Below, one piece after another: positions 17,636 through 26,768 of a DNA stretch of 60,280 nt. The DNA is from Candidatus Omnitrophota bacterium (GTDB taxonomy: Bacteria; Omnitrophota; Gorgyraeia; Zapsychrales; Zapsychraceae). The notes beneath the pieces were generated by a model that made no database searches, had not been told where the DNA came from, and saw only the letters and a list, made by a program, of their open reading frames with translations. Position 1 is the stretch's first letter. Each line of letters starts with the position of its first letter. The position numbers and the translations under genes were made by a program. The DNA lies in the NCBI GenBank assembly GCA_028280285.1, contig JANQMA010000023.1, forward strand, positions 1 to 60,280, written 5' to 3'.

Positions 17636-18504
17636 TACCTTGCAACTACTTTATCATTTTTACGTGCGGTTTTGCTTGAGAGAGGCGGAATTAAATCGGC
17701 AGCAGACATTTCGAGTTGAACGCGCGTCACCTGAACATCGCCGAGATATTCTTGACCGCGGTAAATGGATAACACTTTGCCTACACTAACACCATCTTTT
17801 TTGCCTAGATTAACAATTACAAACTCCGTATCATAATCGACGCTTAAAATTCTTCCGTCCGGTATCTTGTCGGGAACAACATACGCTTCATCTTCTTTTT
17901 TTTCATCGTCAAAGCTAACATCAACCTCGGTTGATTTGACGGTTTTCTCATTATTATCTTTTTTCTTTTTCTTTTTTGCTTTGGAAAGCTTTTGAAAGTC
18001 CATCTCAATGGCTTCATATTTTTTCTTCAGCTCGGTGTTTTCTGTCTTTAATGCCTCATTTTCTGTATTAATTTTGGTAAGTTGACTTTGCAATTCATTA
18101 ACTGTTTTTTTCGTTGCATCCAGCTCGACCATCATTTTTCCCTTAAGCTCATCGCGTAAAGACTTTTCTTTCTCGAATTTTTCTTTAAGGGCATTGTTTT
18201 CATTTTTAAGCTCTTCGCGTAAACCCTCAGCCAGCTCAATTTCATCCAGGAGACTATTGATCCTTTCATCGGCCTCTTTATTCTTCTCCTCCATCAAAAA
18301 GGCAGTCTTTTTTGCCTCCTCAAGCTCACTGTCCAAACGCGCTTCACTGGCCTTACTTTCCCCAAGCATGGCCTCGGTTGCCTTGCGTCTTTCATGCTCT
18401 TTCTGGAAAAAGAAGATGGATATGGCCGTAAGCGAGATAAGCAACACCGCAATAATCACGGCAAAAACGACAATGACTTTTCCTGATCGGTTATTTTTGG
18501 GCAT
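17635..18504 (-). CDS. Membrane-anchored coiled-coil protein, function unknown
   Basis: 289 aa. TM helix VIVVFAVIIAVLLISLTAISIFFF, ~150 aa of E/K-rich heptad sequence, a poly-K tract, and a small C-terminal beta domain (FVIVNLGKKDGVSVGKVLSIYRG). Confidence 0.6.
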   Translation of the reverse strand: MPKNNRSGKVIVVFAVIIAVLLISLTAISIFFFQKEHERRKATEAMLGESKASEARLDSELEEAKKTAFLMEEKNKEADERINSLLDEIELAEGLREELKNENNALKEKFEKEKSLRDELKGKMMVELDATKKTVNELQSQLTKINTENEALKTENTELKKKYEAIEMDFQKLSKAKKKKKKDNNEKTVKSTEVDVSFDDEKKEDEAYVVPDKIPDGRILSVDYDTEFVIVNLGKKDGVSVGKVLSIYRGQEYLGDVQVTRVQLEMSAADLIPPLSSKTARKNDKVVAR

Positions 18505-18559
18505 AATCCACCATTTATTTATACTATGGTATCATAATATCAGTATTAATAATATAATG

Positions 18560-18815
18560 TAATTAAAAATGAAAAAATTAAAAATAAGAAAGAAAATTAA
18601 AAAATAAAATAAACTTAAAGATTAAAATTGTACTTAGTAGTTAGTAATTCGTAATTGGTTTATTTAAAATCATTTAAGATACATTGGTAACTCGATTTTA
18701 CGCACCGTACAACCCATTAATTACTAAATACCAATTACCAAATACGATTTTTTAATTCTTATTTTCTCTCAATTCTCAATTTTCTTTCTTATCTTTTACT
18801 TTTTAATTTTAAATT
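18560..18815. repeat. ~250-bp AT-rich imperfect palindrome (MITE-like) filling an intergenic gap
   Basis: The left arm contains ataagaaagaaaatt and cgtaattggt. The reverse complement of the right arm contains the identical ataagaaagaaaatt and ggtaattggt in mirrored order. Centre near 18690. Confidence 0.5.
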
Positions 18816-18840
18816 AATTAAGTAATGTGTCCCCTTAATT
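18816..18840. repeat. Single REP of the AAGGGGACACATTACTTAATT family
   Basis: aattaagtaatgtgtccccttaatt is 25/25 identical to 40896-40920. It supplies the last codons and the stop of rluD. Confidence 0.8.
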
Positions 18841-19726
18841 CCTCTGGAACTTTAGAGCAAAACTCAATCCACGCCTTTGTCCGGGGATGGGTAAACCCAA
18901 TCATATGCGCATGCAGCGCCAGGCGCGGAAAAGAACCTTTACGGCCATACTTCTCATCACCCAAAATCGGATGCTTGATATAGGCCATATGCACCCGCAG
19001 CTGATGCGTCCGGCCGGTCTTTGGAAAAAGCGCAACCAGACTTGCGCTACTGCTTCTTTTTAAAACCTTGTATTTCGTGTAGGCCTCTTTCGCGTGTTCA
19101 TCGTAGCTGACGGCGCGCTTATCATGCTGGCGCGCATGCCGGCCAAGCGGGACATCAATGATCCCCTCATCCCGGTCGATTTCCCCTTGCACAAGCGCGA
19201 CATATTGTTTTTGGACTTCATGCCTCTGAAACTGTTTGGCAAGTTTGGTATGCGTGATATTGTCCTTCGCCACAATAATTAAGCCGGACGTTTCTTTATC
19301 CAACCGGTGTACAATGCCTGGCCTGACATCAGAATTCACATCAGAAAGTTGATTCGAATAATTTAAAAGAGCATTAACGAGTGTCCCCGAATGCGCGCCC
19401 TTAGCCGGATGAACGGTCATACCGATCGGTTTATTAATCACTAGGAGTGCATCATCTTCATAAAAAATATCAAGGTCTATATTTTCCGGGGCCACATATT
19501 TAGGCGACAAAAAACCTTTAGGCACCTCAACATAAACATCATCGCCAACAGCTACTTTGTGTTTGGCTTTTACAATCTCTTCGTTGACCTTCACATGCCC
19601 GTCATCGATGAGCTTTTTAATCATGGTCCGTGAAGGAAATTCCGTTAAAATTTCCGTCAGAAAAACGTCGAGACGTTTATTATTATTATCTGCCGTGACT
19701 TTGTAATAATTATTGGTTGATTCCAT
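18818..19726 (-). CDS. rluD: RluA-family 23S rRNA pseudouridine synthase (RluD-like)
   Basis: 302 aa. S4-like N-terminus (KRLDVFL). Catalytic motif GIVHRLDKETSGLIIVAK. ileS-lspA-rluD synteny. Confidence 0.85.
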   Translation of the reverse strand: MESTNNYYKVTADNNNKRLDVFLTEILTEFPSRTMIKKLIDDGHVKVNEEIVKAKHKVAVGDDVYVEVPKGFLSPKYVAPENIDLDIFYEDDALLVINKPIGMTVHPAKGAHSGTLVNALLNYSNQLSDVNSDVRPGIVHRLDKETSGLIIVAKDNITHTKLAKQFQRHEVQKQYVALVQGEIDRDEGIIDVPLGRHARQHDKRAVSYDEHAKEAYTKYKVLKRSSSASLVALFPKTGRTHQLRVHMAYIKHPILGDEKYGRKGSFPRLALHAHMIGFTHPRTKAWIEFCSKVPEELRGHIT

Positions 19727-20220
19727 TATGATTTTGATTCATTTCGGGTGAGAAAGAAGCACTTAATCGCAATGATCACCGCACCGATGGTAATCGCGCT
19801 ATCGGCAATATTAAACACCGGCCAAATACGGAAATCGATAAAATCAATCACATAGCCGAGCGTAATGCGGTCGTACAAATTACCGAATGCCCCGCCGAGG
19901 ATAAGCGCAAAGGCAATGATATACGAACGGCTTAAGATTTCATCACTTTGTCGATAATAGTAAATGTTAAAAATAAGAAGAATGATGGCAATGATCGGCA
20001 CAATGATAAAGACAATACCTTGATCTTTAAAAAGACCGAAGGCAATCCCTGTATTGTGAACGAGTGTCATATGCAGAACATTACGTATGACAGGAAGCGA
20101 TTCACCTAGATCAAAAAAGTCGTTGAAGAATGTTTTGGTGATACGATCAAGAAAGATAACGGAGAATGTAACAAGAAACGTAAGGCAGATATCAAAACGT
20201 GACTGGATAAAATTCTTCAT
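19726..20220 (-). CDS. lspA: Lipoprotein signal peptidase (SPase II)
   Basis: 164 aa, four hydrophobic helices. NTGIAFG and FNIADSAI motifs. Downstream of ileS. Confidence 0.9.
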   Translation of the reverse strand: MKNFIQSRFDICLTFLVTFSVIFLDRITKTFFNDFFDLGESLPVIRNVLHMTLVHNTGIAFGLFKDQGIVFIIVPIIAIILLIFNIYYYRQSDEILSRSYIIAFALILGGAFGNLYDRITLGYVIDFIDFRIWPVFNIADSAITIGAVIIAIKCFFLTRNESKS

Positions 20221-20229
20221 AAAACAAGA

Positions 20230-20622
20230 TTAAAGCTCTCCTTTTTCCTCGAGCTCTTCTTGATGCGCAAGACAATACTCGGCATAAGGAATGGCTTTAA
20301 GACGCGCCTCTTTAATCGCCTTGCCTGTCCCCAAACAAAATCCGTATGTGCCGTTTTCGATCCGCTTAAGCGCATCATCGATGCGTTGCAATGTCTCACG
20401 GTCATGCGAGGCAAGGCCCATAGCAAACTCTTTGTCATAAAGATCTGTGGCAACATCCGCCATATGTTGAACATGCCCGGAGACATCCGACGATTCATTC
20501 ATCGTCGAACCGGCATTGTTGGACATATTTTTAATATCATGAACTAAATCTGATTTAAGGGCTAAAAGAAGTGTTTTGAATTTCTCTAACTTCTTTTTAT
20601 CCATTTTCTTCTTTTGTGGCAT
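20230..20622 (-). CDS. DksA/TraR-family regulator, variant with two Cys
   Basis: 130 aa. Coiled-coil N-terminus, then RIENGTYGFCLGTGKAIKEARLKAIPYAEYCLAHQ. CxxT...CxxH occupies the position of the usual CxxC...CxxC. Confidence 0.7.
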   Translation of the reverse strand: MPQKKKMDKKKLEKFKTLLLALKSDLVHDIKNMSNNAGSTMNESSDVSGHVQHMADVATDLYDKEFAMGLASHDRETLQRIDDALKRIENGTYGFCLGTGKAIKEARLKAIPYAEYCLAHQEELEEKGEL

Positions 20623-23416
20623 TGAGTAACTCCTTTACGATTTTGGCACATCTTAAAGACAGATCAGGAAACTCCGGATCGGCGCCGACATCCGTCGTGT
20701 ATTTCCACGAACGCGCGCATTTATCTCCCTCTGCCTTAACAACGTTGAGCTTAATATCTTTAAAGTCCTGGCCTAATCCATCGGAAAGGCTTTCGACTTT
20801 GACAACTTCACTTTGCGATACAATGAACATATCCGCCAGCTCTTCTTTAAATCCATCCAAATAGCTTTTCAGGTCATCCGAAGATGTTTCAAAAACAACT
20901 TTGGCATCCAAAGAACTACCGATCACTCCTTCGCCACGCTTATCTTCCAAGGCCTTTAGAACATGCGGTCTCAGCTTAAAGAGAGTTTCAAATTGAGCCT
21001 CAATGGCCGGATTGAACCAATCTTCAGGCACATCAAGCATACTCAATAAATGAACGCTGTCAACCAATTTCATATCTTCGGTTTTAGGCATCATTTCAAA
21101 GATTTCTTCGGTTGTAAAAACGATAAACGGGGCCAGGAGCCTGACTAAATAATTACAAATATGAAAAAGAACCGTTTGCGCGCTCTTACGTTCATGGGCG
21201 GATGCAGCCGGAATGTAGAGACGGTCTTTGAGAATGTCCAAGTAGTCATTGGACAAATCTTCATTACAGAAAGTATATATGAGCTTATATACTTTCGCAA
21301 AGGCATATTCATTAAAATTTTGCGATGATCCTTGCGCGACATGGGCCAGCTTGTCCAAGGCCCACTTGTCCAAATCTTCGAGTTTTTCGTACGGCACCAG
21401 TTCTGTGTCCGGATCAAAATCATGGATATTGCCCAGGATATAGCGGAAGGTATTGCGGATCTTACGGTACCCGTCGACCGCGCGGTCCAGCACCTCTTTG
21501 GAGACACGAATGTCTTCATTGTATGAACTGGAGGCCACCCAAAGCCTTAGAATATCGGCTCCGCTATTTTTGATGACATCAAGCGGGGAGATCACATTGC
21601 CAAGTGATTTGGACATCTTGCGCCCTTGTCCGTCCACCACAAAACCGTGGGTCAAAACCTCTTCAAACGGGGCCATATCCTCCATGGCAACAGCCGGGAT
21701 GAGTGATGACTGAAACCATCCGCGGTGCTGATCGGAGCCTTCCAAATACATTTGCGCCGGAAGTGCTCTTCCCATCTTTGATTTCACAACTGCCTGATGC
21801 GAAACCCCTGAATCAAACCAGACATCCAAAATATCAAGTGTCTTTTCAAACTCCGTTGCGCCTGACTCGGGACATGTAAAACCATCCGGCAAAAAGTCTT
21901 GTGCATCGCGCACAAACCACGCATCACTGCCTTCTTCTTTGACAATCTCCGCAAACTTAGCGATCACCTCCGGATAAAGACGCGCGATGCCGTCCTCCTT
22001 AGCTTTAAGCGCCGGGATCGGCACGCCCCAATAACGCTGGCGTGACAAACACCAATCCGGTCGTCCGGCCACCATGCCTAAAATACGTTCTTCACCGGAC
22101 TCCGGAACAAACTTAACTTTATTCTTAATCATATCGGCTAATTTTGCGCGTAGATTATTGTGATCGACTTGCAAAAACCATTGATGTGTTGCGCGGAAAA
22201 TAATCGGCTCCTTACATCGCCAGCAATGCGGATAGGAATGTTGAAATTTATTTTTATGAAGTAGCGCGCCTTGCTCATGCAATTTGGTCAGAATCGGCCC
22301 AAGCGCTTTGGAGACATGCTCCCCTTTAAACGGACCTTCGGTGTAAACGCCGTTATCACCGACGGGCATAAGCGTTGGCAAGCCGTACTTCTTGCCTGTC
22401 ATAAAGTCATCGGCCCCGTGGCCGGGCGCTGTATGGACAAGCCCTGTCCCATCTTCTTTCGTCACATAGTCGGCGACCACAACCGAACATTCATCGAGCA
22501 TACCAAACGGCTGTTTGTATTTTAATTTTGTTAAATCCTCACCGGAAACATTATCACCGACACGCACGGCATTAAGATCGCCGGTTAATTCCGTGATCTT
22601 TGACGCCAGTGATTTTTCTACAATAATCACTTCACTGCCGATATTAAGAAACATGTATTCAAACTGCGCATTAACACTGACCGCAACATTGGCCACAAGC
22701 GTCCACGGTGTTGTCGTCCAGATTAAGAGCGATACTTTTTTATCTGTTTTAATCAACGCTTCCGCGTTGGTTACCTCAAATTTGACATAAACGGATGTCG
22801 ACGTGTGATCCTCATATTCGACTTCAGCCTCAGCCAATGCTGTTTCGCAATCACAACACCAATTAACCGGTTTAAGTCCGCGCTTGACATATTGATCCTG
22901 TGTTAAACGTTCAAGGGATTTTAAAATCCAGTATTCGTAATCTTTATCAAGCGTCAGGTAAGGATCATCCCAGTCGCCGAAGACACCGAGGCGTTTGAAT
23001 TGTTCTTTTTGGATATCGACGTATTTAAGCGCATAATCGTGCGCGTCTCGTCGGAACTTAACACAATCGACATCGTCTTTTTTCTTCTTGAGTTCCTTGA
23101 GCAGTTGATGTTCGATGGGAAGGCCGTGGCAGTCCCAGCCAGGCACATAAGGGCTGTCCAGTCCCATCATGGTCTTTGATTTAACAATAAAGTCTTTGAG
23201 GATTTTGTTTAGTGCATGGCCGATATGAATGTTGCCATTGGCGTACGGCGGGCCGTCATGCAAGATGAAAGGCTTTTTGCCTTTTGTCTGTGCCTTGATT
23301 TTGCCGTACAAATCCATTTCTTCCCACTTGGTGATATACTTCGGCTCTTTTTGAGCGAGCCCTGCGCGCATAGAGAAATCGGTCTTGGGGAGATTTAGTG
23401 TCTTTTGGTAGTCCAT
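20597..23416 (-). CDS. ileS: Isoleucine--tRNA ligase
   Basis: HIGH (PPYANGNIHIGHALN) and KMSKS (GRKMSKSLGN) motifs. MDYQKTLNLPKTDF is the usual IleS N-terminus. The track's start at 23449 adds MTNDQRPTTSK, which is read from a hairpin arm. Confidence 0.95.
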   Translation of the reverse strand: MDYQKTLNLPKTDFSMRAGLAQKEPKYITKWEEMDLYGKIKAQTKGKKPFILHDGPPYANGNIHIGHALNKILKDFIVKSKTMMGLDSPYVPGWDCHGLPIEHQLLKELKKKKDDVDCVKFRRDAHDYALKYVDIQKEQFKRLGVFGDWDDPYLTLDKDYEYWILKSLERLTQDQYVKRGLKPVNWCCDCETALAEAEVEYEDHTSTSVYVKFEVTNAEALIKTDKKVSLLIWTTTPWTLVANVAVSVNAQFEYMFLNIGSEVIIVEKSLASKITELTGDLNAVRVGDNVSGEDLTKLKYKQPFGMLDECSVVVADYVTKEDGTGLVHTAPGHGADDFMTGKKYGLPTLMPVGDNGVYTEGPFKGEHVSKALGPILTKLHEQGALLHKNKFQHSYPHCWRCKEPIIFRATHQWFLQVDHNNLRAKLADMIKNKVKFVPESGEERILGMVAGRPDWCLSRQRYWGVPIPALKAKEDGIARLYPEVIAKFAEIVKEEGSDAWFVRDAQDFLPDGFTCPESGATEFEKTLDILDVWFDSGVSHQAVVKSKMGRALPAQMYLEGSDQHRGWFQSSLIPAVAMEDMAPFEEVLTHGFVVDGQGRKMSKSLGNVISPLDVIKNSGADILRLWVASSSYNEDIRVSKEVLDRAVDGYRKIRNTFRYILGNIHDFDPDTELVPYEKLEDLDKWALDKLAHVAQGSSQNFNEYAFAKVYKLIYTFCNEDLSNDYLDILKDRLYIPAASAHERKSAQTVLFHICNYLVRLLAPFIVFTTEEIFEMMPKTEDMKLVDSVHLLSMLDVPEDWFNPAIEAQFETLFKLRPHVLKALEDKRGEGVIGSSLDAKVVFETSSDDLKSYLDGFKEELADMFIVSQSEVVKVESLSDGLGQDFKDIKLNVVKAEGDKCARSWKYTTDVGADPEFPDLSLRCAKIVKELLNATKEENG

Positions 23417-23421
23417 CTTGC

Positions 23422-23508
23422 TAGTCGTTGGTCTTTGGTCATTGGTCATTGGTAAAAATTATATTAGTGGTTATCCCACTAATGACCAACGACTAATGAC
23501 TAACGACC
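23422..23508. repeat. Imperfect hairpin with TGGTCAT-type repeat arms and an inner stem
   Basis: tagtcgttggtctttggtcattggtcattggt ... ttagtgg-ttatc-ccactaa ... atgaccaacgactaatgactaacgacc. Lies between the mtnP stop and the ileS start. Confidence 0.7.
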
Positions 23509-23509
23509 A

Positions 23510-24373
23510 TTACGAAATATATTTACCAATTATTGGCTCAAGTTCTTTCTTTTTCGATTCAGGAATTATACTAGGATCTGTAATAATTGCAAACTTTAGT
23601 GCGTCGGCTGCGCTAAAGCTCGGCAGGGCGCCGATTTTAGGAATAGCAATACGCAGAATGTCTTTGGCTTTGTTCACATTTTTGTGCAAATAATCAATAA
23701 TCATCTCAACCGTTACGCTGTCGTGATCCGGATGCCAGCAGTCATAATCCGTTACGGCAGATAGAGTTGCGTAAGATATCTCGGCCTCGCGGGCAAGCTT
23801 GGCCTCAGTGACATTGGTCATACCGATAATGTCCATCCCCCAACTGCGGTACAGATTAGACTCGGCCTTGGTGGAAAATTGCGGGCCTTCCATCACAATA
23901 TAGGTCCCGCCTGCGTGAACTGATGCTTCGGCCTCTTTGGCGCTTTCAAGTAAGATGGAAGACAGCTCCGGGGACACCGGATCGGCAAACGCGACATGGG
24001 CCACAATGCCACCGGTAAAAAACGATGTCTCGCGGTCCTTTAAAGTGCGATCAACAAATTGATCCGGCACAACAAAATCCATCGGTTTAATTTCTTCCTT
24101 AAGCGAACCGCAAGCCGACACAGAAATGATGGCCTCAACACCGAGACGTTTTAATTCATAAATGTTGGCGCGGTAATTAATCTCACTAGGGGAAATACGG
24201 TGGCCTTTACCATGACGCGAAAGAAACACGACCTCAACACCGCTGAGTGTCCCTTTAACAAAATGATCGGATGGCCTTCCAAACGGTGTATCAAAAATAT
24301 CCAATACTTCGACATTTTCCAATCCTTCGAGCTCATATAAACCGCTACCACCTATTATGCCAATCTTTGCCAT
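23510..24373 (-). CDS. mtnP: S-methyl-5'-thioadenosine phosphorylase
   Basis: 287 aa. MAKIGIIGGSGLY, FLSRHGKGHRISPSEINYRANI, GMTNVTEAKLAREAE. Confidence 0.85.
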   Translation of the reverse strand: MAKIGIIGGSGLYELEGLENVEVLDIFDTPFGRPSDHFVKGTLSGVEVVFLSRHGKGHRISPSEINYRANIYELKRLGVEAIISVSACGSLKEEIKPMDFVVPDQFVDRTLKDRETSFFTGGIVAHVAFADPVSPELSSILLESAKEAEASVHAGGTYIVMEGPQFSTKAESNLYRSWGMDIIGMTNVTEAKLAREAEISYATLSAVTDYDCWHPDHDSVTVEMIIDYLHKNVNKAKDILRIAIPKIGALPSFSAADALKFAIITDPSIIPESKKKELEPIIGKYIS

Positions 24374-24394
24374 GTTCCGTGCTCCTTAATTTAT

Positions 24395-24458
24395 GTGATC
24401 TGTGCTCTGTGTTCTGTGGTCATTTATGAGTGATCACAGACCACGGGCCACAGACCAC
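24395..24458. repeat. 64-nt palindromic element (GTGCTCT/GTGTTCT/GTGGTC arms), copy 1
   Basis: gtgatctgtgctctgtgttctgtggtc-atttatga-gtgatcacagaccacgggccacagaccac. Abuts the proC stop codon. Confidence 0.85.
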
Positions 24459-25247
24459 TTACTTTGCTAATTGTTTTGACCTTTTCTTCGCCGCTACAAG
24501 TGCCGCTTTAAACATTTTGTCGAAGCCTTTGCGTTTAAATTCCGCAAGCGCGGCCGCCGTCGTGCCACCTTTCGATGTCACACGCGCACGTAAATCACCC
24601 GCGTCATCACCGGTCCGTTCAAGAAGTTGCATGCTCCCTGAAAGTGTTTGCATAACAAGTTTACGCGCATCCGCCTTTTTAAGTCCTAGAGATTGAGCAG
24701 CCTTAATAAACATTTCAACAAAAAGAAAAACATAGGCCGGCCCACTGCCCGAAACGGCTGTTAGAGCGTCGATCATCTTTTCCTCAACAATGACCGTTTC
24801 TCCGACGAACTTAAGAAGATTTTCAGCTTGTTTGAGATTTGGTGACGTTACATTTTGTCCAGCACAAAGTCCTGTAATGCCTTGGGCTATCTGTGCCGGC
24901 AGATTGGGCATAGTGCGCACAACTTTTATGCCGATTCCAAGTTTCTTCTCTATATACTTCGTTGTAATGCCGGCCGCAATAGATAAAACCAAATGTTTTT
25001 TTGTAATATGCGGTTTGATCGCCGTAAGCACCGCTTCAAAACTTTGCGGTTTAACGGCAAGTAAAATAATATTGGAATTTTTGATAACCGTTGCCAAATC
25101 ATCGACGCTAACTTTGTACTTTGACGCAATAGTACGCGCACGTCTTTTATCGGTCTCGCAGACACGCACCTTGTAGGTTTTGCGAATACTTGCGATAATC
25201 GCCGCGCCCATGTTCCCTGCTCCTATTATTCCGACTGTAGTTTTCAT
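24459..25247 (-). CDS. proC: Pyrroline-5-carboxylate reductase
   Basis: 262 aa. IGAGNMGAAI, VRTMPNLPAQI, SGSGPAYVF, VTSKGGTTAAAL. Confidence 0.9.
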   Translation of the reverse strand: MKTTVGIIGAGNMGAAIIASIRKTYKVRVCETDKRRARTIASKYKVSVDDLATVIKNSNIILLAVKPQSFEAVLTAIKPHITKKHLVLSIAAGITTKYIEKKLGIGIKVVRTMPNLPAQIAQGITGLCAGQNVTSPNLKQAENLLKFVGETVIVEEKMIDALTAVSGSGPAYVFLFVEMFIKAAQSLGLKKADARKLVMQTLSGSMQLLERTGDDAGDLRARVTSKGGTTAAALAEFKRKGFDKMFKAALVAAKKRSKQLAK

Positions 25248-25263
25248 AGGAAATCCTTTTTGT

Positions 25264-25328
25264 GTGATCTGTGCTCTGTGTTCTGTGGTCGGTTATGAGT
25301 GATCACAGACCACGGACCACAGACCACT
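25264..25328. repeat. Palindromic element, copy 2, near-identical to 24395-24458
   Basis: gtgatctgtgctctgtgttctgtggtc-ggttatga-gtgatcacagaccacggaccacagaccac. It differs from copy 1 at about 3-4 positions and overlaps the yggS stop by 2 nt. Confidence 0.85.
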
Positions 25329-26013
25329 ATTTAAAAATTGCCGATCCTATCCTCACCATATTCGCTCCTTCTTCCAGTGCAATCGCATAATCACCACTCA
25401 TCCCCATCGACAAATACTGCATTTCAATATTCGCTGATCCCCGGTAACGTTCTTTTGATTCATCAAAAATTTTTTTAAGTCCGCGAAAAGAGGCACGTAT
25501 GATATTCTCATCCTCGACAAACGGCGCCATGGTCATAAGCCCAAGCACATTCACATGGTCGAGTGAACGGATATGATCCAAAAGCACAAAAGCCGTCTCT
25601 TTATCAACGCCGTATTTTTGCTCTTCCGCCGCCACATTAATTTGAACAAGGATCTGAACAACTTTACCTGTTTTAACACCCTGTTTTTGGATTTCATCAA
25701 CCAGCTTAATCGAATCAACCGACTGGATAATATCAAATAACTCAACGGCGTGCTTAACCTTATTGGTTTGAAGATGGCCGATTAAATGCCTGGTGACTTG
25801 ATCAAGATTTTTAATTAAAGGAAACTTCTCCCGTGCCGCCTGAACACGATTTTCGCCAACATGACATAAGCCGCCTGCGATCGCTTCTTCGATGTCGCTT
25901 GCTTCTGAATATTTTGTCACACCGACAAGTGTGATCTCTTCTTCTGCGCGGCCGATTTTCTGGCAAACATCCTGAATTTGTTTATGAACATTACCTAAAT
26001 TATCCGCAATCAT
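25327..26013 (-). CDS. yggS: YggS-family pyridoxal-phosphate homeostasis protein
   Basis: LVGVTKY (PLP Lys), HLIGHLQTNKVK, LSMGMSGDY, GANMVRIGSAIF. ATG at 26013 is preferred over the track's TTG at 26031. Confidence 0.85.
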   Translation of the reverse strand: MIADNLGNVHKQIQDVCQKIGRAEEEITLVGVTKYSEASDIEEAIAGGLCHVGENRVQAAREKFPLIKNLDQVTRHLIGHLQTNKVKHAVELFDIIQSVDSIKLVDEIQKQGVKTGKVVQILVQINVAAEEQKYGVDKETAFVLLDHIRSLDHVNVLGLMTMAPFVEDENIIRASFRGLKKIFDESKERYRGSANIEMQYLSMGMSGDYAIALEEGANMVRIGSAIFK

Positions 26014-26088
26014 CGCCCTAAAGTAACACAATTCCGATTAGCGGTCAAACTGGATTAACATATAAGGTAATTCTTAGTCCTTTTTGTT

Positions 26089-26715
26089 TTAAACACACCC
26101 TCCCGGCACAAGTCCTTTCGGCGGATTGACACTGTTGATCTGGATTAATTGTCGTATCTTTTGATAATCTCCGATCACCGTCATTGTTCCGGGATCAATA
26201 CGGAAATAAAACATTTGTTTGCTTGATAGCCCCAGCAATACTTTTAAAAACATGCGAATGCATCCACCGTGAGTCACAATAACGATGCGTTTGTTATTAT
26301 ATTTTCGTCGGCAATGCCGGATAAAACTTTCGATACGTCTTTGCAAAGAAATGATTGTCTCCCCGCCCTTGGGTGTAACCAGCTGCCCTTTATACCATTT
26401 GGCATAAGCCGGATCCTTTTTGGCCATTAGCTCATCGGCTGTCAAACCTTCCCATACGCCAAAACTTAATTCGTCTAGCCGTTTATCTTCTGTAACTTTT
26501 ATCCGTAAAGGCTTCGCTAGAAGGTTCGCCGAATCCTTAGAACGGTTTAATGTCGAAGAAAATATTTGATGCGGCCGGTAAGCAGAAACTGCCTTAACAA
26601 AACGTTTGATTTGGTTTTTGCCGGTTTGTGTCAACGGTGAGTCAGCTGACCCTTGAAACCGTTTTTGTTTATTCCACTGCGTTTGACCATGACGGATTAG
26701 AACAAAATGTATCAT
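26089..26715 (-). CDS. Histidine phosphatase family protein (GpmB/CobC-like)
   Basis: 208 aa. LIRHGQTQWN catalytic RHG motif and IVTHGG. Confidence 0.8.
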   Translation of the reverse strand: MIHFVLIRHGQTQWNKQKRFQGSADSPLTQTGKNQIKRFVKAVSAYRPHQIFSSTLNRSKDSANLLAKPLRIKVTEDKRLDELSFGVWEGLTADELMAKKDPAYAKWYKGQLVTPKGGETIISLQRRIESFIRHCRRKYNNKRIVIVTHGGCIRMFLKVLLGLSSKQMFYFRIDPGTMTVIGDYQKIRQLIQINSVNPPKGLVPGGCV

Positions 26716-26768
26716 ATTTGCTCCCTTAGGACATTCATATAGTTCACATCTATATAAAGATAAGCCAA

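Noticed and set aside
17635-18504. Assigning the 289-aa coiled-coil protein to a named family (RodZ, ZapB or FlgT-like)
   Set aside because: Only generic features are visible (a TM helix, heptad repeats, a small beta domain). No diagnostic motif was recognised.
23422-25328. CRISPR array, suggested by the many short repeats and palindromes
   Set aside because: There is no series of three or more identical 24-48-nt repeats separated by unique spacers of similar length. The repeats are 7-nt tandem units forming hairpin arms. No cas genes are present.
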